Under the pieces are notes generated by a model. It was given only the letters and a program-made list of their open reading frames with translations. It made no database searches and was not told the DNA's origin. From NCBI GenBank assembly GCA_902598485.1, contig CACKBU010000006.1, forward strand, positions 6,975 through 70,974: a stretch of DNA of 64,000 bases, in the 5' to 3' direction. Positions within the stretch are counted from its first letter, which is position 1, and every line of letters begins with the position of its first letter. This DNA is from an uncultured Pelagibacteraceae bacterium. Its GTDB lineage: Bacteria > Pseudomonadota > Alphaproteobacteria > Pelagibacterales > Pelagibacteraceae. Shown here piece after piece: positions 10,893 to 20,659 of this stretch. Position numbers and translations under genes: made by a program.

Positions 10893-10961
10893 TTAGAATT
10901 GATTTACATTAAGTATATATATTGATTAATTCACAATTTATTTCTTTAAAATACTTTTAAA

Positions 10962-11627
10962 ATGAAACAAAAATTTACAATTTTATTCGATTTAGACGGT
11001 ACTTTGGTGGATACAGCACCAGATTTAATTCGAGCGCACAATCATGTAATGAAAAAATTTGGTTACCCGACTAAAACTTTGGGTGAACTAAAGAATGCTG
11101 TAGGCAAAGGTGCAAAAGCTATGATGGCAAAAGCTAATGGCCAATGGAAGTGGTTTGATGAAAAAATTCAAAACGAAATGACTGATGAATTTCTTTCTTA
11201 TTATGGAAAAAATATTTTACATGAAAGTAAATTAATTAACGGTGTAAAAGAATTTTTAAATTGGTGCAAAAATGAAAATATCTCTATGGCAGTATGCACT
11301 AATAAAACTGAACACTTAGCAGTTGATCTTTTAAAAAAAATTGGGATTTATGATTATTTTGAATATGTTGCAGGTTATAATACTTTTGAATATTGCAAAC
11401 CAGACCCTCGACATTTAACAACTACAATTGAAATTTTAGATGGTGATAAAAATAAATCAATTATGATTGGCGATAGTGAGACAGATGCAAATGCTGCTAA
11501 GGCTGCTGAAATTCCAATAATATTACTAAAATATGGATATACAGAAAAAAGATCTGAGGAAATTTATCATAATCACATTATAAAAGACTTTGTAGGCATT
11601 GAGAAAATAGTATCAGAATATCTTTAA
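10962..11627 (+). CDS. gph: HAD-IA hydrolase, phosphoglycolate phosphatase-like
   Basis: FDLDGTLVDTAPD, VCTNK, KPDP, MIGDS..D. Confidence 0.8.
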   Translation: MKQKFTILFDLDGTLVDTAPDLIRAHNHVMKKFGYPTKTLGELKNAVGKGAKAMMAKANGQWKWFDEKIQNEMTDEFLSYYGKNILHESKLINGVKEFLNWCKNENISMAVCTNKTEHLAVDLLKKIGIYDYFEYVAGYNTFEYCKPDPRHLTTTIEILDGDKNKSIMIGDSETDANAAKAAEIPIILLKYGYTEKRSEEIYHNHIIKDFVGIEKIVSEYL

Positions 11628-11680
11628 TATTGATTAATTTATTTTAACTATTAAAACAAAATCACAAATAAGGAGTAATT

Positions 11681-13183
11681 TTGTTATTACACACAGTTAA
11701 AGTATATCCATCAAAAATTAATCTTCCAAAGAAGAAGCAGCTAGCATGGAAAATAGCTGAGATAGCAAGTGATAATGCTAAATTAAATAAAGACGCTATT
11801 GAAATGGTGATCAATAGAATAATTGATAACGCTTCAGTTGCTATTGCTTCATTAAATAGAAAGCCAGTAATCTCATCTAGAGAAATGGCATTAAAGCATT
11901 CCAGAAAAAATGGTGCCAATATATTTGGGGTAAACTCGAAATTAAAATTTGATTGCGAATGGGCAGCTTGGTCTAATGGAACCGCAGTTAGAGAATTAGA
12001 TTTTCATGACACTTTTTTAGCTGCAGATTATAGTCATCCTGGTGACAACATACCTCCACTTATAAGTGTTGCACAACAAAATAAAAAAAGTGGGTTAGAT
12101 TTACTAAGAGGAATAATTACTGCATACGAAGTTCAAGTAAATTTAGTTAAAGGAATTTGTTTACATAAGCATAAAGTTGATCACATTGCTCATTTAGGAC
12201 CTAGTGTGGCTGCTGGATTAGGAACAATGTTAAAACTAAATACTGAAACTATTTATCAGTCTATTCAACAGGCACTTCATACAACAATTTCAACAAGACA
12301 ATCTAGAAAAGGAGAAATTTCAAGTTGGAAAGCTTATGCTCCAGCACATGCAGGCAAGCTTGCTATCGAAGCTGTAGACAGAGCTATGAGAGGTGAAGGT
12401 GCACCAAGCCCAATTTATGAGGGTGAAGATAGTGTTATAGCTAGAATACTAGATGGTAAAAAAGCTAAATACAAAATTCCATTACCAAAAAAAGGTGAAA
12501 GTAAAAAAGCTATTTTAGAAACATATACAAAAGAATATTCTGCTGAATATCAATCGCAAGCATTAATTGATCTGGCTAAAAAACTTAAAGCAAAAATTTC
12601 AAATTTAAATCAAATTAAAAAAATTGATATATTCACAAGCCATCATACACATTATGTTATAGGGACAGGTGCCAATGACCCTCAAAAAATGGATCCTAAT
12701 GCCAGCAGAGAGACATTAGATCATTCTATAATGTACATCTTTGCGGTAGCACTAGAAGATGGAGATTGGCATCATGTCAAATCTTATACAAAGGCTAGAG
12801 CTAATAGAAAAAGTACAATTAAAATTTGGAGATCAATTAAAACTTATGAAGATAAGAAATGGACAAAAAAATATCATGATCCAAACCCAAAAAATAAATC
12901 ATTTGGGGCTAAAGTTGTTGTGACACTTAATAATGGAAAAAAAATAACAGAGGAACTAGATAGAGCGGACGCACATCCATATGGTGCTAGACCATTTAAA
13001 AGAGAAAATTATATAAATAAATTTTTAACTTTAACTGACGGTATTTTAGATAGAAAAGAGAGTGATCGTTTTTTAAGAGCAGTACAAAATTTAAGAAATT
13101 TAAAATCAGGGCAACTTCATAAATTGAATATTGAAGTAAAAAAAAATAAACTAAAAAATAATAATAAAAAGGGAATTTTTTAA
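11681..13183 (+). CDS. prpD: 2-methylcitrate dehydratase (MmgE/PrpD family)
   Basis: [32 protein letters not shown]; AAGGAG RBS before TTG; first gene of prpDBC. Confidence 0.93.
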   Translation: MLLHTVKVYPSKINLPKKKQLAWKIAEIASDNAKLNKDAIEMVINRIIDNASVAIASLNRKPVISSREMALKHSRKNGANIFGVNSKLKFDCEWAAWSNGTAVRELDFHDTFLAADYSHPGDNIPPLISVAQQNKKSGLDLLRGIITAYEVQVNLVKGICLHKHKVDHIAHLGPSVAAGLGTMLKLNTETIYQSIQQALHTTISTRQSRKGEISSWKAYAPAHAGKLAIEAVDRAMRGEGAPSPIYEGEDSVIARILDGKKAKYKIPLPKKGESKKAILETYTKEYSAEYQSQALIDLAKKLKAKISNLNQIKKIDIFTSHHTHYVIGTGANDPQKMDPNASRETLDHSIMYIFAVALEDGDWHHVKSYTKARANRKSTIKIWRSIKTYEDKKWTKKYHDPNPKNKSFGAKVVVTLNNGKKITEELDRADAHPYGARPFKRENYINKFLTLTDGILDRKESDRFLRAVQNLRNLKSGQLHKLNIEVKKNKLKNNNKKGIF

Positions 13184-14079
13184 TGCACTTTGTAGAAAAA
13201 GAACCAAGTCAAAAAAGATTAGATTTTGATAAAAAATTAAAATCAAATAAAATATTAAGGGTTCCTGGTGCGTATAATCCTCTTACAGCAAAACTTATAG
13301 AAGAAATTGGATATGATGCAGTTTACGTGTCCGGTGGAGTAATGGCTAATGATCTTGGTTTTCCCGACATTGGCTTAACAACACTGCAAGATGTTAGTAC
13401 AAGATCTTATTTAATTTCTAGAGTAACTAATCTTCCAACAATAGTTGATATAGATACAGGATTTAAATCTTGTAAAGAAACTATAGAAACATTTGAGGAA
13501 TTTGGAATAACAGGAGTTCATTTGGAAGATCAAATTGAAAGAAAAAGATGTGGTCATCTAGATAATAAAGAACTTATTTCAACTGATGCTATGGTTAAAA
13601 AAATTAAAGAATGTGTTGCTACTAAAAAAGATCAAAATTTCAAAATTATAGCTCGTTCAGATGCAAAGAGTGTTGAAGGTATAGATAAAATGATTGAAAG
13701 ATGTAAAGCCTACATTGATGCTGGTGCTGAAATAATATTTCCAGAAGCTCTTCAAGATGAAAAAGATTTTGAAAAAGTCCGTAAAGAATTATCTGGTTAT
13801 TTATTAGCTAATATGACTGAATTTGGTAAATCAAAATTATTTAATTATAAGGAATTAGAAAATTTTGGATACAATATTGTAATTTATCCGGTAACTACAC
13901 AAAGATTGGCTATGAAAAATGTAGAAGACGGATTAAGAGACATTTATACAAATGGACATCAAAATAATATTATAGATAAAATGCAAACTAGGAAAAGACT
14001 TTATGAATTAGTAGATTATGAAAAATATAATTCATTAGATGAAAAAATTTATAATTTTAGTACGGAAGGACATGAGTAA
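13183..14079 (+). CDS. prpB: 2-methylisocitrate lyase
   Basis: PDIGL, DIDTGF, EDQ...KRCGH, ANMTEFGK. Confidence 0.93.
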   Translation: MHFVEKEPSQKRLDFDKKLKSNKILRVPGAYNPLTAKLIEEIGYDAVYVSGGVMANDLGFPDIGLTTLQDVSTRSYLISRVTNLPTIVDIDTGFKSCKETIETFEEFGITGVHLEDQIERKRCGHLDNKELISTDAMVKKIKECVATKKDQNFKIIARSDAKSVEGIDKMIERCKAYIDAGAEIIFPEALQDEKDFEKVRKELSGYLLANMTEFGKSKLFNYKELENFGYNIVIYPVTTQRLAMKNVEDGLRDIYTNGHQNNIIDKMQTRKRLYELVDYEKYNSLDEKIYNFSTEGHE

Positions 14080-15203
14080 TGAGTGATGATATTAAAAAAG
14101 GCTTACTAGGTATTGTTGTAGATGAAACAGAAGTTTCAAAAGTAATGCCAGAAATAAATTCTCTTACTTATAGAGGTTATGCAGCTCAAGATTTATGTGA
14201 ATATTGTAGATTTGAAGAAGTTGCATATCTGATTCTTAATAAAGATCTTCCGAATACTATCCAACTTAGAAAATTTGAAAAAGAAGAAAGAAACAACAGA
14301 GAACTAACAAAAAATTTATATGAAATAATTAAACATATGCCAAAGAAATCTCATCCAATGGATGTCGCAAGGACTGCTGTAAGTGTAATGGGATTAGAAG
14401 ATAAAGAAACAACCGACTCTTCAGCAGAAGCAAATATGAGAAAAGCTTTGAGAATATTTGCAAAAACCCCAACTGCCTTAGCTGCTTTTTATAGAATTAG
14501 AAAAGGTAAAAAAATAATTAAACCTAAAAAAACATTAACGTTTGCTGAAAACTTCTTTTATATGTGTTTTGGTAAAGTTCCACAAAAAGAGATAGTTAAA
14601 GCCTTTGATGTGTCTTTAATTTTATATGCTGAACACAGTTTTAATGTTTCAACATTTACTGCAAGAACCATCACAAGTAGTTTGTCTGATATTCATGGCG
14701 CAATCACAGGAGCTATTGCAAGTTTAAAAGGTCCGTTACATGGTGGGGCTAATGAGGAAGTAATGCATATGATGAACAAAATTAAAAAACCAGAAAATGC
14801 TCTTAAATGGATAAACAATGCTTTAAAGAATAAAGAAGTTGTAATGGGATTTGGTCACAGAGTTTATAAGTCAGGCGATTCAAGAGTCCCGACTATGAGA
14901 GAGTATTTTGGCAAAGTTGCTAAAATTAAAAAAGATAAAAAATTTGAAAAAATTTATGACATTGTAGAAAAAGTAATGATTAAAGAAAAAAATATTTATC
15001 CAAATGTAGACTATCCTACTGGACCTACTTATCACTTAATGGGCTTTGATACTGATTTCTTTACGCCTATTTTTGTTATTTCAAGAATTACTGGTTGGTC
15101 TGCTCATATTATGGAACAGCACGCTGCTAACAAACTTATCAGACCTCTAGCTAGTTACAAAGGTAACAAACATAGAAAAGTAATGCAACTAAACCAAAGA
15201 TAA
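14079..15203 (+). CDS. prpC: 2-methylcitrate synthase
   Basis: LTYRGY, AEHSFN.STF, GPLHGGANE, GFGHRVY, PNVD; in prp operon. Confidence 0.9.
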   Translation: MSDDIKKGLLGIVVDETEVSKVMPEINSLTYRGYAAQDLCEYCRFEEVAYLILNKDLPNTIQLRKFEKEERNNRELTKNLYEIIKHMPKKSHPMDVARTAVSVMGLEDKETTDSSAEANMRKALRIFAKTPTALAAFYRIRKGKKIIKPKKTLTFAENFFYMCFGKVPQKEIVKAFDVSLILYAEHSFNVSTFTARTITSSLSDIHGAITGAIASLKGPLHGGANEEVMHMMNKIKKPENALKWINNALKNKEVVMGFGHRVYKSGDSRVPTMREYFGKVAKIKKDKKFEKIYDIVEKVMIKEKNIYPNVDYPTGPTYHLMGFDTDFFTPIFVISRITGWSAHIMEQHAANKLIRPLASYKGNKHRKVMQLNQR

Positions 15204-15204
15204 C

Positions 15205-15834
15205 TTAATTTTTTTCTATTTTAGCAAATCTATTATTACATATTATTGAGCACTTTAATCCATGCTCTAGTGAGAACTCGTCTACAGCTTTCTGTACACC
15301 AGGTGCATATGACAAATCGTAGTCATCACAAAGAACTGTACCACCATTAACAATAACTTCTCTACAACAATTTAAGTCGTTTTTTACCGTTTGATAATCA
15401 TGACCTCCATCAAGAAAAACATAATCAATTTTAGACATATCAATTTTTTTCAATATTATGTTTGAATTTCCTTTAATTAGTGATGTGTTGTCTTTAAATT
15501 TTTTTAGAAGATCATTAACAGCTTCTAAACTGTATGGATTTTGTCTTTTTATATAATTAAAATAAAAATTTTTAATAGGATTAGAAAATTTAGTATTAGG
15601 TATTACTTCATTTTGATTTTCTAAAGTTTCAGCAAATAAATCCAGCCCTACATACTTAAAATCTTTTCCATGCATTTTATAAAGTAATTCACAAACATTT
15701 CGAGCAGTAACACCATGAAAAACACCAACTTCTAGAAATACTTTTGGATTTTTTTCAGCCACTTCTTTTAAAAAAAAGTCACCAACACCTTTTTGCTTTA
15801 AGCTAGTCTTTCTAAAATATTTTTTATATTTCAA
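15205..15834 (-). CDS. Class I SAM-dependent methyltransferase (Methyltransf_24-like)
   Basis: LEVGVFHG.T, GLDLF, IKGNS, FLDGGH.Y..V..D, GG.V.CDDY. Confidence 0.75.
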   Translation of the reverse strand: MKYKKYFRKTSLKQKGVGDFFLKEVAEKNPKVFLEVGVFHGVTARNVCELLYKMHGKDFKYVGLDLFAETLENQNEVIPNTKFSNPIKNFYFNYIKRQNPYSLEAVNDLLKKFKDNTSLIKGNSNIILKKIDMSKIDYVFLDGGHDYQTVKNDLNCCREVIVNGGTVLCDDYDLSYAPGVQKAVDEFSLEHGLKCSIICNNRFAKIEKN

Positions 15835-15841
15835 AATAGTA

Positions 15842-16015
15842 TCAATCTAGATCAAGATCACCACAGGTAACTTTAGTAAATACGCAAGTTGAATAATGAT
15901 ATGTGCTTTTGACATCTTTAACAACTCCTAGAGCTGTTCCTTCAATAGTTCCAGTAACTGTGTTGCATGCTGTAGTTAATAAGAAAAAAAATATTAATAT
16001 ATATTTTTTAAACAT
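15842..16015 (-). CDS. Small lipoprotein, 57 aa, entericidin-like (absent from ORF track)
   Basis: Manual translation MFKKYILIFFFLLTTA-CNTVTGTIEGTALGVVKDVKSTYHYSTCVFTKVTCGDLDLD*; basic N-terminus, hydrophobic core and lipobox-like TTAC; fills the gap between nrdB and the methyltransferase. Confidence 0.75.
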   Translation of the reverse strand: MFKKYILIFFFLLTTACNTVTGTIEGTALGVVKDVKSTYHYSTCVFTKVTCGDLDLD

Positions 16016-16023
16016 TAAATGTG

Positions 16024-17037
16024 TTAACTAAAAGCTTCTGCCCATGTACCTTGTGTCGATGCTTTAGAATATTCTGTTGCACGACCTTCAAAGAAATTCA
16101 TATGCTCAACTGCGTTAAGCATAGTATCAAGCCAAGTTAAAGGATTCTTTTCAATATCATAAATTCCTTCCAAACCTAACTGACTTAATCTTCTGTTTGC
16201 AATGAAACGAATATATTTTTTAACATCTTCAGCCGTTAATCCTTCCATAGGACCCATTTGAAATGCTAAATCTATAAAAGCATCTTCATGCTCTACTATA
16301 GTTCTACATGCCTCATAAATTTCTTTTTTTAATTGTGGGTTCCATGTTTCAGGATTTTCCTTAATAAAATCTTTAAACAATCTAATCATTGAGTTGCAAT
16401 GCAATGTTTCATCTCTTACAGACCAAGTAACTATCTGACCCATTCCCTTCATCTTATTGTGCCTTGGGAAATTTAACAAAATTGCAAAACTTGCAAATAA
16501 TTGTAGACCTTCCGTAAATGCACTAAACACAGCTATGGTTTTTGCAATGTCATGATTAGATTTAACATCAAATCCTTGCATGTAATCATATTTATCTTTC
16601 ATTTCCTTGTATTTCATGAAAGCTGAATATTCAGACTCAGGCATTCCAATTGTATCTAATAAATGTGAGTAAGCTGCAATGTGTACTGTCTCCATAGAAG
16701 CAAATGATGACATCATCATTAATACTTCTGTTGGTTTAAATACGTTCATGTAATGTCTTATGTAGCAATTACTTACTTCAACATCGGCTTGAGTAAAAAA
16801 CCTAAAGATCTGAGTTAATAAATTTTTTTCTGATGGGTTTAGATTTTTTTGCCAATCTCTTACATCATCTCCTAATGGTACTTCTTCGGGCAGCCAATGA
16901 ATTCTTTGTTGTGTTAACCAAGCATCGTAACACCATGGATATCTAAATGGTTTATAAACTGGGTTGGCAACTAACAATCCATTATTATTTTTTTTTGGTT
17001 GTACTGTTTCTTGCTTTATATTTTCTACTACTGACAT
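16024..17037 (-). CDS. nrdB: Ribonucleotide reductase class I beta subunit
   Basis: WLPEEV, FFTQAD, E.VH..AYS (radical Tyr), EGLQLF.SF, RDE.LH, NFFE; GAGGAG RBS before ATG 17037. Confidence 0.95.
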   Translation of the reverse strand: MSVVENIKQETVQPKKNNNGLLVANPVYKPFRYPWCYDAWLTQQRIHWLPEEVPLGDDVRDWQKNLNPSEKNLLTQIFRFFTQADVEVSNCYIRHYMNVFKPTEVLMMMSSFASMETVHIAAYSHLLDTIGMPESEYSAFMKYKEMKDKYDYMQGFDVKSNHDIAKTIAVFSAFTEGLQLFASFAILLNFPRHNKMKGMGQIVTWSVRDETLHCNSMIRLFKDFIKENPETWNPQLKKEIYEACRTIVEHEDAFIDLAFQMGPMEGLTAEDVKKYIRFIANRRLSQLGLEGIYDIEKNPLTWLDTMLNAVEHMNFFEGRATEYSKASTQGTWAEAFS

Positions 17038-18965
17038 GATAAACACTCCTCGTACTCTTGCTCTTGGCTTTCGTTTGATTTATTTTTGTAAACATTTGCT
17101 AAGATATCTGTTGATTTTGAATCATTAACATTCTCAGCTCTTTGAATTGATTTTGATCTACAGTAATAAAGGCTTTTTAAGCCTTTCTTCCAAGCATCAA
17201 AATGAATTTTGTGTAATTCTTTCTTATGTACATCTGCTGGTAAAAATAGATTTACTGACTGTGCCTGTGAAATAAATGGTGTTCTATCACCACTTAATTC
17301 AATTATCCAATTTTGGTTCAGCTCAAATGCAGTTTTGAATACATCTTTTTCCAAGTCAGTTAGGAAATCTAGATGATTAACAGAGCCTTGATTTGTAGTA
17401 ATGCTAGACCATGTTTCTTCATCATTTTTACCATGCGATTGAAGGATTTCTTCTAAATATCTATTTCTTACATTAAAAGATCCAGAAAGAGTTTTGTGTG
17501 TGTAACTATTAGCTGCAATAGGTTCTACTCCTGGTGATGCTCCTCCACAAATAATTGAAATTGAAGCAGTTGGAGCTATTGCTGTCTTGTTAGAAAATCT
17601 TTCTTTATAGCCATACTCCGCTGCATCTGGACATGCCCCTCTCTCTTCAGCCAAATCTTTAGAAGCTTGATTAACTTTTTCATGGATATTTTTAAATATT
17701 TTTTTGTTCCATGATTTTGCCATTACTGACTCAAGTGGAATTCTATTTTTTTGTAAAAATGAGTGAAAGCCCATCACGCCTAATCCAACGCTTCTCTCTC
17801 TTTCGGCTGAATATTTCGCATCTTTAAATTGATCTGGTGCTTTATTAATAAAATCAGATAAGACATTATCTAAAAATCTCATCACATCACTAATCATATC
17901 TGGATCATCTTTCCATTCATCATACTTTTCTAAATTTAGAGATGACAAACAACATACTGCTGTTCTATCTCTTCCGTCTTTATCAATTCCTGTTGGTAAA
18001 GTTATTTCACTACATAAGTTAGAAGTTTTAACTGTTAGATTTGCTAACTTATGATGTTGAGGGATTTGTCTGTTAACAGTATCTATATAAATTATATATG
18101 GCTCACCTGTTTCAATTCTTGCAGTTAATAACCTTATCCATAAATTTCTTGCAGAAATAGTTTGTTGGACACTTCCATCAGCAGGACTTTTTAAAGCCCA
18201 TTGTTCATCTGTTTCTACTGCTCTCATAAAGGCATCAGAAACCAAAACACCATGATGTAAATTTAATGCTTTTCTATTTGGATCACCACCTGTTGGTCTT
18301 CTCATTTCAATAAACTCTTCTATCTCAGGATGATCTATTGGAAGATAACATGCTGCAGAACCTCTTCTTAATGATCCTTGGCTGATAGCCATTGTTAAAG
18401 AGTCCATAACTTTTATAAAAGGAATTATTCCAGAAGTTTTTCCAACTCTTCCTATTTTTTCACCAATAGATCTTAAGTTACCCCAGTAACTTCCAATTCC
18501 TCCACCCTTTGCTGCTAACCAAACATTTTCACTCCATAAATCAAGAATACCTCCTAAGCTATCAGAAGCTTCATTTAAAAAACATGAAATAGGTAATCCT
18601 CTTTTTGTACCACCATTTGATAAAACTGGTGTTGCTGGCATAAACCAAAGGTTGCTTATGTAATTATAAATTCTTTGAGCATGCAAATTGTCGTCTGAAT
18701 ATGTGCTTGCTACTCTAGCAAATAAATCTTGATAAGATTCATTCAAACCTAAGTATCTGTCTTTTAAAGTTGCTTTACCAAAGTCTGTAAGATTTGCATC
18801 TTTTGAACGATCAATTTTAATTATGATACCCTTGTCATTTTGAAATAATTCTGTTTCATTATTTAATGAGAAAAGATCAGGCTTATTTATCTTAGAAACT
18901 TCCTTAACTTCTGGGCTGTATTCAGAGACAGCTTTTTTGAGGGCTTGAGAAAGAATCTTATTCAT
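17028..18965 (-). CDS. nrdA: Ribonucleotide reductase class I alpha subunit (no recognisable ATP cone)
   Basis: PATPVL.N, ISCF, SNLCSEI, IAPTASIS, LKSLYY, C-terminal CLSC. Confidence 0.95.
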   Translation of the reverse strand: MNKILSQALKKAVSEYSPEVKEVSKINKPDLFSLNNETELFQNDKGIIIKIDRSKDANLTDFGKATLKDRYLGLNESYQDLFARVASTYSDDNLHAQRIYNYISNLWFMPATPVLSNGGTKRGLPISCFLNEASDSLGGILDLWSENVWLAAKGGGIGSYWGNLRSIGEKIGRVGKTSGIIPFIKVMDSLTMAISQGSLRRGSAACYLPIDHPEIEEFIEMRRPTGGDPNRKALNLHHGVLVSDAFMRAVETDEQWALKSPADGSVQQTISARNLWIRLLTARIETGEPYIIYIDTVNRQIPQHHKLANLTVKTSNLCSEITLPTGIDKDGRDRTAVCCLSSLNLEKYDEWKDDPDMISDVMRFLDNVLSDFINKAPDQFKDAKYSAERERSVGLGVMGFHSFLQKNRIPLESVMAKSWNKKIFKNIHEKVNQASKDLAEERGACPDAAEYGYKERFSNKTAIAPTASISIICGGASPGVEPIAANSYTHKTLSGSFNVRNRYLEEILQSHGKNDEETWSSITTNQGSVNHLDFLTDLEKDVFKTAFELNQNWIIELSGDRTPFISQAQSVNLFLPADVHKKELHKIHFDAWKKGLKSLYYCRSKSIQRAENVNDSKSTDILANVYKNKSNESQEQEYEECLSCQ

Positions 18966-18999
18966 AAATTTTAATTATATTTTGTTATTAGTACGAAAA

Positions 19000-19046
19000 C
19001 AACTATATGTTGTAGGCGTTTGTTGTAAATATACTATATAAACTTT
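19000..19046. promoter_or_regulatory. Tandem NrdR boxes upstream of nrdA
   Basis: caaCtAtATgTtGtag (19000-19015) matches acaCwAtATaTwGtg; weaker second box ataCtAtATaaacttt starts 31 bp away (19031). Confidence 0.7.
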
Positions 19047-19055
19047 TGTACAATA

Positions 19056-19070
19056 GAACATTTATAGAAC
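19056..19070. promoter_or_regulatory. Alphaproteobacterial LexA (SOS) box
   Basis: GAAC-atttata-GAAC, i.e. GAAC-N7-GAAC (GTTC-N7-GTTC on the nrdA strand), in the nrdA/algC divergent spacer. Confidence 0.6.
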
Positions 19071-19145
19071 GCGACAAAATGATAATCAATAAAAAAATAA
19101 ATTTTTTTGCAAGAAATTAACAAAAAAAGAGTAAGAAAATAGGTA

Positions 19146-20600
19146 ATGAATCAAAACATAAAAATAGACCCATTCGGCTTTAGAGAATATGACGCTCGAT
19201 GGTTGTACGAAAAAGACATAAATTTAGCAGGTATAGAGAATCTTGGAAAGGGCTTAGGATCACAAATAATAATTCATACAAAGAAAAACAATCCTAGAAT
19301 TATCATAGGTCATGATTACCGTTCCTACAGTGAGGAAATAAAAACTGCTCTCAAAAAAGGATTAATGTATACAGGATGCAGCATAGAGGATATTGGTCTT
19401 TCATTGTCTCCCATGGTTTATTTTGCACAATTCAATTTGGATGCAGATGCGGTTGCTATGATTACAGCAAGTCATAATGAAAATGGGTGGACTGGTGTCA
19501 AAATGGGAATCAAAAAAGGACTAACTCATGCACCTGAAGAAATGAAAGAACTAAAAGAAATTACCTTAAATGAAAAGTTCACAAAAGGGGAAGGTAGTGA
19601 AAAACAAATTAAAGATTTTGATAAAATTTATAAGTATGACTTAATTAGTAAAAACAAAATTAAGAAAAAAATTAAAGCTGTGGTGGCTTGTGGAAATGGA
19701 ACGGCAGGCGTTTTTGCTCCAGATATTCTAAGAGGTATTGGATGTGAAGTAATAGAGTTAGATTGTAACCTAGATTGGAATTTTCCTAAATACAATCCAA
19801 ATCCAGAAGATCTAGAAATGCTTCACGAAATAGCAAAAGTAGTTAAAAAAAACAATGCTGATATAGGTTTTGGATTTGATGGAGATGGAGATAGGGTTGG
19901 TGTAATTGATGATAAAGGTAATGAAATATTTTCAGATAAAATTGGTCTTCTAATTGCTAGAAATTTATCAAGCAAACATAAAAATTCTAAATTTATAGTA
20001 GATGTAAAATCAACAGGTTTATACTCAAAAGATAAAATATTATTAGAAAACAATTGTGAAACAATTTATTGGAAAACAGGCCATTCTCACATTAAAAGTA
20101 AAGTGAATACTGAAAAAGCTTTAGCTGGGTTTGAAAAAAGTGGTCATTTCTTTTTTAATCAACCTTTAGGATATGGATATGATGATGGTATTAATTCAGC
20201 AATCCAAGTATGTCACTTATTAAATAATCAAAATAAAAAAATAAGTGAAATTATTAGTGAATTACCTAACACATTTCAAACACCAACAATGGCACCTTTT
20301 TGTAAAGATGAAGAAAAATATATTGTCGTTGAAAAACTAGTTAAACAAATTATAAATTTAAAAGAAAACAAAACTGAAATAGATGGCCAAGTTATTAATG
20401 ATATTTTAACTGTAAATGGAGTTAGGTTTTCATTCGAAGATGGTTCTTGGGGTCTAATTAGAGCTTCTTCAAATAAACCATCGTTAGTTATTGTTACGGA
20501 AAGCCCTACCTCAGATAAAAGAAAGAAAAAAATCTTTGAATTCATTGATGATATGCTCCAAAAAACAGGTCAAATTGGTGAATATGACCAAAAAATATAA
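19146..20600 (+). CDS. algC: Phosphomannomutase/phosphoglucomutase
   Basis: FREYDAR, ITASHN, FDGDGDR, GFEKSGH, RASSN. Confidence 0.9.
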   Translation: MNQNIKIDPFGFREYDARWLYEKDINLAGIENLGKGLGSQIIIHTKKNNPRIIIGHDYRSYSEEIKTALKKGLMYTGCSIEDIGLSLSPMVYFAQFNLDADAVAMITASHNENGWTGVKMGIKKGLTHAPEEMKELKEITLNEKFTKGEGSEKQIKDFDKIYKYDLISKNKIKKKIKAVVACGNGTAGVFAPDILRGIGCEVIELDCNLDWNFPKYNPNPEDLEMLHEIAKVVKKNNADIGFGFDGDGDRVGVIDDKGNEIFSDKIGLLIARNLSSKHKNSKFIVDVKSTGLYSKDKILLENNCETIYWKTGHSHIKSKVNTEKALAGFEKSGHFFFNQPLGYGYDDGINSAIQVCHLLNNQNKKISEIISELPNTFQTPTMAPFCKDEEKYIVVEKLVKQIINLKENKTEIDGQVINDILTVNGVRFSFEDGSWGLIRASSNKPSLVIVTESPTSDKRKKKIFEFIDDMLQKTGQIGEYDQKI

Positions 20601-20659
20601 TTTTTTATCTAAATAATCTTTATATTGTGATTCTTTTATGAAACAAATGTCCTAAAGAA

